Below are positions 38,185 through 46,362 of a DNA stretch of 49,729 bases, piece after piece. Under the pieces are notes generated by a model that was given only the letters and a program-made list of their open reading frames with translations, had not been told where the DNA came from and searched no databases. Positions within the stretch are counted from its first letter, which is position 1; every line of letters begins with the position of its first letter. Both the position numbers and the translations under genes were made by a program. The stretch spans positions 1-49,729 of the forward strand of contig JACQNE010000003.1 of NCBI GenBank assembly GCA_016203205.1, in the 5' to 3' direction. This DNA comes from Candidatus Woesearchaeota archaeon. GTDB taxonomy: Archaea; Nanobdellota; Nanobdellia; Woesearchaeales; GW2011-AR9.

Positions 38185-38778
38185 TTAATGTTCCACCATT
38201 TTTGGTGAATCTTCTTTGAGATAATAAATTCCCTCTTTCATGTCGATCTTTTCCTCATCAATCAGCTGGTCCAGGAAGTCTTCCAGCTGGTTCAGATTAA
38301 CCCCGGTGAAATGGCTGAGCTGAGCAGAGGTCAGGTTCTGCGTGCCAAGAAGAACCAGGATATAATTCTTAAGAAGGTCCTGGGTATTTTTCCGAAGGTG
38401 CTCATTTTCCAGGCGGAGCTGCTTGGCGACCATATCCACCTGGTGGAGACGGGCCTGCAGATCGTTGAACAAAGAAGAAGTGTGCGTGTTGGAAAAAGAG
38501 AGTTCATGGGGTTCGAGAATCTCGATTAATGAAGGCATGTAATCGAAACAGAAACTGATGATCTCAATCAGAGAAGCGGTTCTGATCTCCAGTTCAGCGA
38601 AGATCATCCAGAGTTGTTGGTCTTTCTCCTGCTGGATTTCAGCGACCTCTTCCGAAACGACAGTGTATTTCTGATCCGTCTTGATTTTGCCCAGATATTC
38701 TTGGAGAGAACTTTCTACATGTTCTTTCGGACGACCGGCGACTTCCAAAACAGTGCGAAAGAGAACTTTTTCTTCCAT
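38185..38778 (-). CDS. hypothetical protein in the scpA position (C-terminal winged-helix-like)
   Basis: Lies immediately upstream of scpB with a 1-nt spacer. It lacks the ScpA N-terminal FEGPLDLLL-type motif. The C-terminus LTSAQLSHFTGVNLNQLEDFLDQLIDEEKI looks like a wHTH. Confidence 0.35.
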   Translation of the reverse strand: MEEKVLFRTVLEVAGRPKEHVESSLQEYLGKIKTDQKYTVVSEEVAEIQQEKDQQLWMIFAELEIRTASLIEIISFCFDYMPSLIEILEPHELSFSNTHTSSLFNDLQARLHQVDMVAKQLRLENEHLRKNTQDLLKNYILVLLGTQNLTSAQLSHFTGVNLNQLEDFLDQLIDEEKIDMKEGIYYLKEDSPKMVEH

Positions 38779-38804
38779 GATCCCCAGAATAGAGAAGAGT
38801 ATTT

Positions 38805-41048
38805 TTAAGCCTTTCTGAAGAAGACTAGGCCCAAAGTAAGCAAGGCGAATGAAATGATCAGAAAATAGGGAATAGTCTTTTTGGCTTTGGCGGATGTTGA
38901 TTCATAGACTACCAACCCGCCTCGATTAATTGGGGAAGGGAGTGCTGTTTGAGATTGCGCGTACAAGTGAGTAGTGGTTGCAGACAAAGAAAGCGCGGTA
39001 AAAGAGGAAGAAAGGGAAGAATTGAGGGTAGTAAATATGGGGGATGGAGAGGGGGATGATGCTGGGAGAACATAGACTTCTGCCGTTGTTTCTTTGGGAT
39101 TCTTCAGGCCTTCCTGACGCAAGCGAACTTTAACTTTGTATGTCCCTTCCGCAGTGGAAGGATCGAGCTTGAGAAAAAGAGTCTGTTCTTTTTCTTCACC
39201 GCTTTCCAAGAAGAATAAAAAAGGATTTGCATCAGGGTCTTGTGAATTGTTTTGGCAGGAATAACATTTCTTCCCCCGGTAGACGTGACCCGAAAGTTCA
39301 TAGGAGAGTGGAGCTGAAGAACTAACCGCTCCTTTGACTTGAACCGTAACCGGCAGGCGATCACCAGCCGGGATGGAAGAGGGTATGTTGATACTGACCG
39401 CAGCAGCGCGGCTTGTGCGGGAAGCGGTAGCATTGGAAGTGACAATAGTGGTCATGCACAGATTGGAAGAAACACCTTCGATGGGGACACTTTCTTCGGT
39501 ACGCTGGCCGAGGCCTTCGATGATCAAAGTGATAGTCCCGTTGGGATATTGATAGCGACAATTAGCATCTAGTTGAAGCGGGATGGTGATGGTAGAAACA
39601 TGATTTTTTTCTTTCAGGAGAAAAGAAGTCGCTTTGCTCACTTTCTGGCCGGCGTGTTCTGCCCAGACCCGAATCTCATTTTTGGTTTCGTTGCCTTTGT
39701 AGATGTGTAGTTTTAACAACAGCTGATCACCCCAGCGAGCTTTTTTATCTGATCCTAAGTTGATATTTTCCACAGAAAGCGTGCTGTTTTCAGGCATCAG
39801 TGTCTGGTCCGTTCGAAGATAAAGTTGTTGAACGATGTTATTCTCGGGATGTGTATCAGAGCAACTCATATTCACAATAATAAAAGTAATCAGATAGGTA
39901 TCAGCAGAAAGCGCTGGAGAATATTCTGTGTGGAGAGAAGACAGAATTTTGGAGTCAGTCCAAGGAGAATAATTTTTGACGGCCGTACCTGAACCAGTTT
40001 CGATCTTCCCCAGAACGGTGATGTTAACAGAAGAAAGGTGATGATTCGTCGCCGTAACACTAAACGGGAGGCTGGAATCAGCACTCGTGAAATTTCCACC
40101 CAAGGAGAGAGAAACATCGCAAGGTTCCTCCTCCGAGAGTGGGGCGAGAGGCGTCGGGAACGCAAGAATCCATCGTGACCCATTACGCTGCCAGGAGTAG
40201 CCTTCTTTGCTGCCGCTATAACTGGTTCTTGTCAGAATCTCCAAATCCCGGCTGAACAGAGTGATTTCATCATAATCGGTATCTAAAGAAAAATCGCTGT
40301 CGCCATTGCGGTAAACAAGAAGATAACAATGAGGACAAAGAGTGAGGCCATCTTTTCCTTGAGTGTTTGTGTCGGCAAGATACACTTTCCCGCCCTTTTG
40401 ATCCTGAAGCTGCGCACCCCGCAGATCGACGGAAATTGAGCCATTGTTAAAAAGTTCTACCCATTCACCTCCGGGAAGAAAGTCATCGTCGGCTCCGAAA
40501 GGATTAGGCAGCAGTTCGCTGATCACGATGTCTGGTGATGTGGTTTTTAGATGCCAAATGCTGTTCTGGGTGCCGGGAGTGCCTCCGTCAACAAGCGATT
40601 CTCCCCAGGTGTTATCTTCACGACGCTCGAGAGTCCGGTTATTTTTCAACGCACCAAGAGAAGAATTGTAGGTGAACTGCCCGGTGCATGTTCCGTTCAG
40701 AGTGATCGTATCTTCCGTATTGGCCAGAGAAAGAACGAGCGGGATAATCGTGCCGTTAAATGAAGAGATATTCCGAAAGATTTCGGGTTTACGGGCGATA
40801 ATAAACAGTTCTTCCGGTGAGATCAATGCTGGCGGTAAAGGATTTTCATCCGGTCTTGTGTCCAGAAAACAGCCGGATAAGTTGATTGTCTCGTTGCCGT
40901 TATTCCAAATCTCGATCCATTCGTTATACTGCCCGCCGAAGTCGTCAGTAGGAGCATAGGAAATCTCATTGATCTCGAGCAGCGCCGAGGCGGAAGAGAG
41001 AAAAAACAGGGCTACAATCCACCACGCCCACCCTTTCATTGGCGGCAA
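38805..41048 (-). CDS. large surface protein with two lamin-tail-domain (LTD)-like modules and a C-terminal anchor
   Basis: INEISYAP...NEWIEIWNNGNETINLSG and ISELLPNP...GEWVELFNNGSISVDLRG are LTD signatures. A signal peptide and a terminal TM plus basic tail are present. Confidence 0.7.
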   Translation of the reverse strand: MPPMKGWAWWIVALFFLSSASALLEINEISYAPTDDFGGQYNEWIEIWNNGNETINLSGCFLDTRPDENPLPPALISPEELFIIARKPEIFRNISSFNGTIIPLVLSLANTEDTITLNGTCTGQFTYNSSLGALKNNRTLERREDNTWGESLVDGGTPGTQNSIWHLKTTSPDIVISELLPNPFGADDDFLPGGEWVELFNNGSISVDLRGAQLQDQKGGKVYLADTNTQGKDGLTLCPHCYLLVYRNGDSDFSLDTDYDEITLFSRDLEILTRTSYSGSKEGYSWQRNGSRWILAFPTPLAPLSEEEPCDVSLSLGGNFTSADSSLPFSVTATNHHLSSVNITVLGKIETGSGTAVKNYSPWTDSKILSSLHTEYSPALSADTYLITFIIVNMSCSDTHPENNIVQQLYLRTDQTLMPENSTLSVENINLGSDKKARWGDQLLLKLHIYKGNETKNEIRVWAEHAGQKVSKATSFLLKEKNHVSTITIPLQLDANCRYQYPNGTITLIIEGLGQRTEESVPIEGVSSNLCMTTIVTSNATASRTSRAAAVSINIPSSIPAGDRLPVTVQVKGAVSSSAPLSYELSGHVYRGKKCYSCQNNSQDPDANPFLFFLESGEEKEQTLFLKLDPSTAEGTYKVKVRLRQEGLKNPKETTAEVYVLPASSPSPSPIFTTLNSSLSSSFTALSLSATTTHLYAQSQTALPSPINRGGLVVYESTSAKAKKTIPYFLIISFALLTLGLVFFRKA

Positions 41049-41168
41049 TCCCGCCGCCGGCTTTAAATAGATTAGGGGATTAGAACCTAATGTCTCAAAA
41101 ATATTGTTTTCACTATTCTTTAATACTAAACAAAGTTTTTAAACGCCTTTCCATTCAGTAGTAGTATT

Positions 41169-41690
41169 ATGTCTTGGTTCAGCAGAAAAAAAGTTCCGAA
41201 GGTTCCGTTTCCCCCCGGCCACCCCGCAGGAGAAGGAGCTCTGCGCTTTCCTTCGATGAAGCCGGAAGAACGGGTGATTGAGCCAGCAAGAGTTAAAGAG
41301 GCCGTAGGTTTGGAGATGCCTTCGATCACAGAAGAGGCACCAACTTTTGCTACAAAGCGGCCTCTGGAAGAATCAGTTTCCTTCAGAGAAGAACAAAGAG
41401 CTGTCTTGCCGGAAACGACATCCAGATCAGGAGCAGTGAGGATGCCCTCTTTTCATCCTAAAGCGGAAGAAGAGCCGCTGTTTGTCAAAGTTGATGTCTA
41501 TCAACGCATCTTGGGAGAGATTGAATCTATCAAGACTGATGTTTCTGCTGCATTTGAAGCGTCGAAGCGGTTGGAAACATCAGAATATAATGAAGAAGAG
41601 AATTATACCAAATTGAAACGAGCGATCAGAGTGATTCACGATCGTCTGCTTCAAGTCGATAAAAACCTGTTTAAAGTGCAGGGGAGTTAG
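41169..41690 (+). CDS. coiled-coil protein, paralog 1 (Pro-rich N-terminal half)
   Basis: Starts MSWFSRKK and has a P/E-rich linker. The C-terminal module is PLFVKVDVYQRILGEIESIKTDV... Confidence 0.45.
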   Translation: MSWFSRKKVPKVPFPPGHPAGEGALRFPSMKPEERVIEPARVKEAVGLEMPSITEEAPTFATKRPLEESVSFREEQRAVLPETTSRSGAVRMPSFHPKAEEEPLFVKVDVYQRILGEIESIKTDVSAAFEASKRLETSEYNEEENYTKLKRAIRVIHDRLLQVDKNLFKVQGS

Positions 41691-41701
41691 GAGGGATTTT
41701 C

Positions 41702-41929
41702 ATGGAACGCATGCCTGTTTTTGTAAAAATAGATGAATATAATGATGTACTCGCCGTCGTCGGGTCAATCCGGAAGAAATTAGATGAGGCCAAAGAAACA
41801 CTCTTAAAAATTTCTGACCTGAAAAATGAGGAAGACCACCAATTAGAGCTATGGCAGAATAGTTTAGCTGAACTGGAAAAGAAAGTCGATTTTATCAATC
41901 ATTCTCTCAATGAGCCGGAACAATTTTAG
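41702..41929 (+). CDS. coiled-coil protein, paralog 2 (module only)
   Basis: PVFVKIDEYNDVLAVVGSIRKKLDEAKETL... aligns by eye with the C-terminal module of 41169-41690. Confidence 0.45.
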   Translation: MERMPVFVKIDEYNDVLAVVGSIRKKLDEAKETLLKISDLKNEEDHQLELWQNSLAELEKKVDFINHSLNEPEQF

Positions 41930-41938
41930 GTTGTAATC

Positions 41939-42454
41939 ATGACAAAAGGAAAAAAGTCAGCAAAGAGGAAAGTGATGACCAGATCTCATCCTAAGCTCCT
42001 TCCAAAAGAACACGCGAGAACTCATCTTGAAAAAGACCCAGAGTATATGGTCCAAGTCAGCGATCCAAAAATATTACGGAAAGACCTGCTGGAATCGCTG
42101 AGAGAGGTGATCATCTTCATGCAGGGTTATGAGACGTTTCGCAAGATTCAGGAAGAAAAAGTAGCGTTATTCACCGTCCTTAAATCACAGGTGAGAGAGA
42201 TAAATTCGCTGGTCGAGGGAAAACTGAAAAAGCATCTGCCCAAAGGAAAGCTCCGTGGCCTTTCAGAGAAACAGCTGCAGCAACAGGGATTAGATACGGA
42301 ATTGCTTTCACCGGAAGAACAGCAGCCGTTGGAAGTCGTGCCGATCGAGAGAAGTGCACCCCGAGAACAAGCTGGGCGCGAACAACCAAGTGAGTTAGAC
42401 GAACTGGAAAAACAGCTGCGGGATATTGAAGGCCAGCTGCAGAACATTAGATAA
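41939..42454 (+). CDS. coiled-coil protein 3 (Lys-rich N-terminus)
   Basis: Helical and charged throughout, ending LDELEKQLRDIEGQLQNIR. It is tightly packed with the two preceding genes. Confidence 0.4.
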   Translation: MTKGKKSAKRKVMTRSHPKLLPKEHARTHLEKDPEYMVQVSDPKILRKDLLESLREVIIFMQGYETFRKIQEEKVALFTVLKSQVREINSLVEGKLKKHLPKGKLRGLSEKQLQQQGLDTELLSPEEQQPLEVVPIERSAPREQAGREQPSELDELEKQLRDIEGQLQNIR

Positions 42455-42515
42455 GACAATCAATTGTTGCTGAACGACGAAAGTTTTATAAATATTTTCT
42501 TCCCTGCGCGAAATT

Positions 42516-42998
42516 GTGATTCAATCTAATGCTTTTGATCTAACCGAAGCTAGTACTGATAACAAACTTGCTAGAGAGATACAGCGATATTCTCAAGAAC
42601 AGAAAGAATCATGGCGGCGGATCCCTTATTTGGCCCTCAGTGCAGATCATAGATGCGGCGTTCTTGATACACTTGCTACTGTTTACAATAAAGGATTATG
42701 GGGAGTAGGGAAAAAAGAAAGAAGTTCATATCCAATGTATGTTGATTTGGCAACTGGCATCATAGCCGATCCTGATCATTCTCTTCGAAGAAACGTGATC
42801 GTTCCAGCGAGGCAAGAAGAAGTTTTGATCCTTGCTTCTCATTTAGACCAGATAGATGCAAAAAAGATAGTGGCTGGTTTAGAAGATCTCGCAAAGGAAC
42901 ATTATTCTCCAGACGAGAATGCTTGGAGAAATCAAATAAGAGCTAGGCTTAATCTTTCAGAGATGTATGTCCGACCTTCCGATTGGTCTTATAGATAA
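42516..42998 (+). CDS. hypothetical protein
   Basis: A 160-aa ORF with a GTG start and no recognised motif. Confidence 0.35.
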   Translation: MIQSNAFDLTEASTDNKLAREIQRYSQEQKESWRRIPYLALSADHRCGVLDTLATVYNKGLWGVGKKERSSYPMYVDLATGIIADPDHSLRRNVIVPARQEEVLILASHLDQIDAKKIVAGLEDLAKEHYSPDENAWRNQIRARLNLSEMYVRPSDWSYR

Positions 42999-43017
42999 TT
43001 TTTTGAATGTTGTTAGC

Positions 43018-43192
43018 GTACGTATTAAGTCTGTGCTTGGCGGGTCGGTCTGCCTCGTCTCGCTCGAAAGCGAATAGCAGTTGAACTGAAGAGTTATTCC
43101 TAAAAATGAGCGAGACTCCGGATTTCTGGCTCAAAGCCAGTGCTCGGCAGACCATCTTGACCCAGCCCGCACAGACTTAACTTAATACGTAC
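43018..43192 (+). mobile_element. MITE family A, copy A5 (175 bp)
   Basis: gtacgtattaagtctgtgc...gcacagacttaacttaatacgtac. The flanking octamers ttgttagc and ttgtcggc match at 6 of 8 positions. It is nearly identical in layout to A6. Confidence 0.85.
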
Positions 43193-43257
43193 TTGTCGGC
43201 AATACTTTTATAAAAGAGATGGCTATTTTTGTTCTGCTCCGCAAATTTAAGTTTCAC

Positions 43258-43425
43258 GTGGGCGTGCCGGAGCGGTCAAACGGGATAGTTCGTTTGGCAA
43301 AGGTGCTAAATGAGTCCATACTCAAGTCGTTTGGGTTGTGAGGCTTCCCTCAGAGGTCGATGAAAAACCGTGAGCCATCTATTGGCTTAGTGCCTACGCA
43401 GGTTCAAATCCTGCCGCCCACACCA
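43258..43425 (+). tRNA. class-II-like tRNA (Ser/Leu-type D-arm) with about 80 nt of intervening sequence; anticodon not resolved
   Basis: Acceptor GTGGGCG/CGCCCAC is 7/7 paired. D-arm is CCGG-AGCGGTCAA-ACGG. T-arm is GCAGG-TTCAAAT-CCTGC. A73 and an encoded CCA are followed by T7. The span is 168 nt against the ~88 nt expected for a class II tRNA. Confidence 0.6.
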
Positions 43426-43491
43426 TTTTTTTATTATGTACATCGCATTCACACTAGGAGGGTTGATAAGGGCAGACTGCCCTTATGCGCG

Positions 43492-43533
43492 GTGCCTACG
43501 CAGGTTCAAATCCTGCCGCCCACACCATTTTTT
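43492..43533 (+). repeat. exact 42-bp duplicate of the tRNA 3' end (T-arm, acceptor 3' strand, CCA, T-run)
   Basis: gtgcctacgcaggttcaaatcctgccgcccacaccatttttt is identical at 43390-43431 and 43492-43533. No matching 5' acceptor strand precedes the second copy. Confidence 0.9.
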
Positions 43534-43731
43534 AATTCCCGTCTGGGTAGATCGGCTCAAAAATAAGAAACTTTAACTTGATGACATTGGGGGGCAACCA
43601 CCCCGCAACGCCCTTGTTGTCAGATTGCGGGCGTTCGACTTTATGCTGCTGAGTCCTCTACAGGGACAGGCTCTTAATCGTGAGGTGATGAGTTAGCAAA
43701 ACTTATTATATCCTAAGATAATCTATTGATA

Positions 43732-44931
43732 ATGTTTGGAGACTTTGTGTTTACAAAAAGAATTGATTTAACAACTGTTAATATCCTATTTAATTTTAAA
43801 AGATATTCTACGAGAGATTTTCGTAGCGATTATACGTTAACAAAGAACATCTACTACAAAGAGTGGTTTAAAGACCAGAACGTCCCCACGGAGATTAGGG
43901 AAGATGTAAAACTAGCACAATTCTATGAGCTTGTTTTTAAGAGAGAAATATACCAAAAGATAAGAGCAGGAGAAAAGCTGAAAATATCTTATCATCAGTT
44001 TAAGAAAATAAGTGCCAAGCTCCTCGCGGAGTTTATCTTTTATGTTCTGAGGCAATCTGAATTTAAGCGAGTGATTGAGGGAAGAGATAAAATAATTGTT
44101 AACGTTTCCGTAATGGAAGGAACGGAAGAGGGAACGTATGCTGAAATGATTGAGGGCGATAGTGATTTTCAGAGAATTTCTTTAGATGTCAGTGGAGCAT
44201 GGTTGTTGGGTAGAATTTGTCTTCCATGGATGTTCCTGAAGAAAATAGATTCAGCGTTTCTGTTAAAGACGATAAGCCATGAGTTACAACATTACTTAGA
44301 GTTAACGCGAGGTATTTATCAAAAAGAATATACAGCAATTCAGAAAATAAGTAAATTTATGAGAGTAAATCCGAAGAAGATTGGTGCTCTTCCCGTAGTT
44401 TATGAGATACTTTGTAATTTGTATACGGAAGGGATTGCCGTTTTTCAAGAAAAAAGATATGCAAGATATATAAAATTTGACTTAAACAAGATTGAGCTGA
44501 TTAGAAGAGAAATTGAAGTAATCTCAGTGATGAAAGATAAGAGAAGGGCCCAGGAAAGATACGAACGAGTTTTCCCGGATTCAGAAAGCGGAGAATACTA
44601 TTTAGGCTTTATGATGTGTTTCTGTATTGGACTAAGCTTAGCTCAAAAAGAGAATGCGATTTTAAGTATCTTAGCACCCAGAAAAGAGACCATTCCGTAC
44701 GCTGAACTGAATAGTTATATTCTCCAGAATAGGAACTTTGTGGCTGCTCAACTAAGCCCCAATATATTTGTTAAGACATATACAAAATTGAGCGCAATCA
44801 CTACATTTCAGAAATTTGTAAATGAGTATCTTCATTCTTGCCGCGAACTGGGGTTGGAACAACCAGTACAATTCATTGACAAAAAGTGGATAACGAAAAT
44901 TATTAGGAATACAAAGAGAGCAGGAAAGTAG
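43732..44931 (+). CDS. hypothetical protein with HExxH motif (A+T-rich orphan)
   Basis: SHELQHYLE is the only motif seen. The composition is markedly A+T-rich compared with the flanking genes. It lies 200 bp downstream of the duplicated tRNA end. Confidence 0.4.
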   Translation: MFGDFVFTKRIDLTTVNILFNFKRYSTRDFRSDYTLTKNIYYKEWFKDQNVPTEIREDVKLAQFYELVFKREIYQKIRAGEKLKISYHQFKKISAKLLAEFIFYVLRQSEFKRVIEGRDKIIVNVSVMEGTEEGTYAEMIEGDSDFQRISLDVSGAWLLGRICLPWMFLKKIDSAFLLKTISHELQHYLELTRGIYQKEYTAIQKISKFMRVNPKKIGALPVVYEILCNLYTEGIAVFQEKRYARYIKFDLNKIELIRREIEVISVMKDKRRAQERYERVFPDSESGEYYLGFMMCFCIGLSLAQKENAILSILAPRKETIPYAELNSYILQNRNFVAAQLSPNIFVKTYTKLSAITTFQKFVNEYLHSCRELGLEQPVQFIDKKWITKIIRNTKRAGK

Positions 44932-45016
44932 GAATATAGTCGGCTAACCGGATGATCAGGATGTGTTGGATGACCATAACCAAATGTTTTTAAAGCCAAA
45001 CTGATTCTTTAAGTCT

Positions 45017-46351
45017 ATGCCAATCGAAATCTGCACCATCGGCGGCTATACCCAAACCGGCGGCAACAGCGTTGCGATCAAAGTAGGAGACGAAGTAGTT
45101 ATTCTGGACATGGGCTTAAACATGGAGAATTATATCCGCTACACAGAAGATAGGGAAGATATCAGCGCCAAGTCCTATAAAGAATTGCTTAAAGCGGGAG
45201 CAGTGCCGGATTATAACTTTATCAACGACTGGAAAGATAAAGTATTGGCCATCGTGCCCAGCCACGCACATCTGGATCATTGCGGAGCAATCCCTTTTGC
45301 TGCCGGCTTATTCCCAAATGTTCCGATCATCTGCACGCCTTACACAATCGAGGTGCTCAAAGGAACATTGGAAGACGACCGGATCAAGATACCCAACCAA
45401 TTGATTCCACTAAATGCTAATTCCACTTATCAGCTCTCGAAAAATATTACTCTTGAATTCATCCATGTAACCCATTCTATTCCCCATACAGTAATCGTCG
45501 TGCTGCATACGCCGGAAGGAAAAGTGATGTACGCCAACGATTATAAATTTGATCGCCAGCCGACGCTGGGAAAGGTACCTAACTTTGAACGTCTGGAAGA
45601 ACTGGGAAAAGAGGGGATTAAAGTGTTGATCATCGAATGTCTCTATGCCGAAGAGCATCGCAAGATGCCTTCTGAATCTGTCGCAAAACAGATGCTCAAA
45701 GAAGTGATGTTGGGAACAAATAGTCAGGGGAAAGCGATGATCGTCACGACGTTTTCCTCCCATATCGCTCGTCTGAAAAGCATTATCGAGATGGGCAAGA
45801 AACTAAACCGTAAAATTGTCTTCTTAGGCCGCTCGTTAGCAAAATACATCAAAGCTGCAGAAGATTTAGGTTTAGTTAATTTCAAACAAGAAGTCGAGAT
45901 CGTCAGCTATCGCGATAAGATCGAGAAAGTTCTGCGGAAAATCATGAAAGAGGGCAAGGACAAATATCTGATTGTCTGCACCGGCCACCAGGGAGAACCA
46001 AAAGCGATCCTTTCACGGATGGCCAGAGAGGAACACGACTTCCGTTTTGAAGAAGGAGATATAATTGTTTTCAGCTGTTCCGTTATTCCAGTCCAGCTAA
46101 ATCGGGATAATCGAAATCGGCTGGAAAGCAATTTGCACAGCAAGAATGTGAGAATATTCAAAGATGTGCATGTCTCCGGCCATGCCGCACGTGAAGATCA
46201 CCGCGAATTATTGGAATTGATCAAACCGCAGGCCGTAATTCCTGCCCACGCCGGAGGAGAGAAAGCAAAAGAACTGGCCGACTTGGCGACAAAGATGGGA
46301 TTCAAGAAAGTATTTCTGATGGAAGATGGGAAAAAAGTTGTTCTGAAGTGA
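45017..46351 (+). CDS. rnj: beta-CASP metallo-beta-lactamase ribonuclease (archaeal RNase J-like)
   Basis: PSHAHLDHCGAIP (HxHxDH) and the downstream motifs ...NDYKFD..., ...HVSGHA... are present. The ~445-aa size is typical of archaeal RNase J. Confidence 0.8.
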   Translation: MPIEICTIGGYTQTGGNSVAIKVGDEVVILDMGLNMENYIRYTEDREDISAKSYKELLKAGAVPDYNFINDWKDKVLAIVPSHAHLDHCGAIPFAAGLFPNVPIICTPYTIEVLKGTLEDDRIKIPNQLIPLNANSTYQLSKNITLEFIHVTHSIPHTVIVVLHTPEGKVMYANDYKFDRQPTLGKVPNFERLEELGKEGIKVLIIECLYAEEHRKMPSESVAKQMLKEVMLGTNSQGKAMIVTTFSSHIARLKSIIEMGKKLNRKIVFLGRSLAKYIKAAEDLGLVNFKQEVEIVSYRDKIEKVLRKIMKEGKDKYLIVCTGHQGEPKAILSRMAREEHDFRFEEGDIIVFSCSVIPVQLNRDNRNRLESNLHSKNVRIFKDVHVSGHAAREDHRELLELIKPQAVIPAHAGGEKAKELADLATKMGFKKVFLMEDGKKVVLK

Positions 46352-46362
46352 GGCTTTTGGAC

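Noticed and set aside
43311-43327. CTCAAG inside the oversized tRNA as a Leu(CAA) anticodon loop
   Set aside because: The string is the 3' arm of a perfect local hairpin (TGAGT-CCAT-ACTCA), and no 5-bp anticodon stem can be formed around it. I therefore left the isotype unassigned.
43360-43566. 68-aa ORF containing the peptide VPTQVQILPPTPFF twice
   Set aside because: The internal peptide repeat is just the translation of the duplicated tRNA 3' end (T-arm, acceptor, CCA). It is not a protein repeat.
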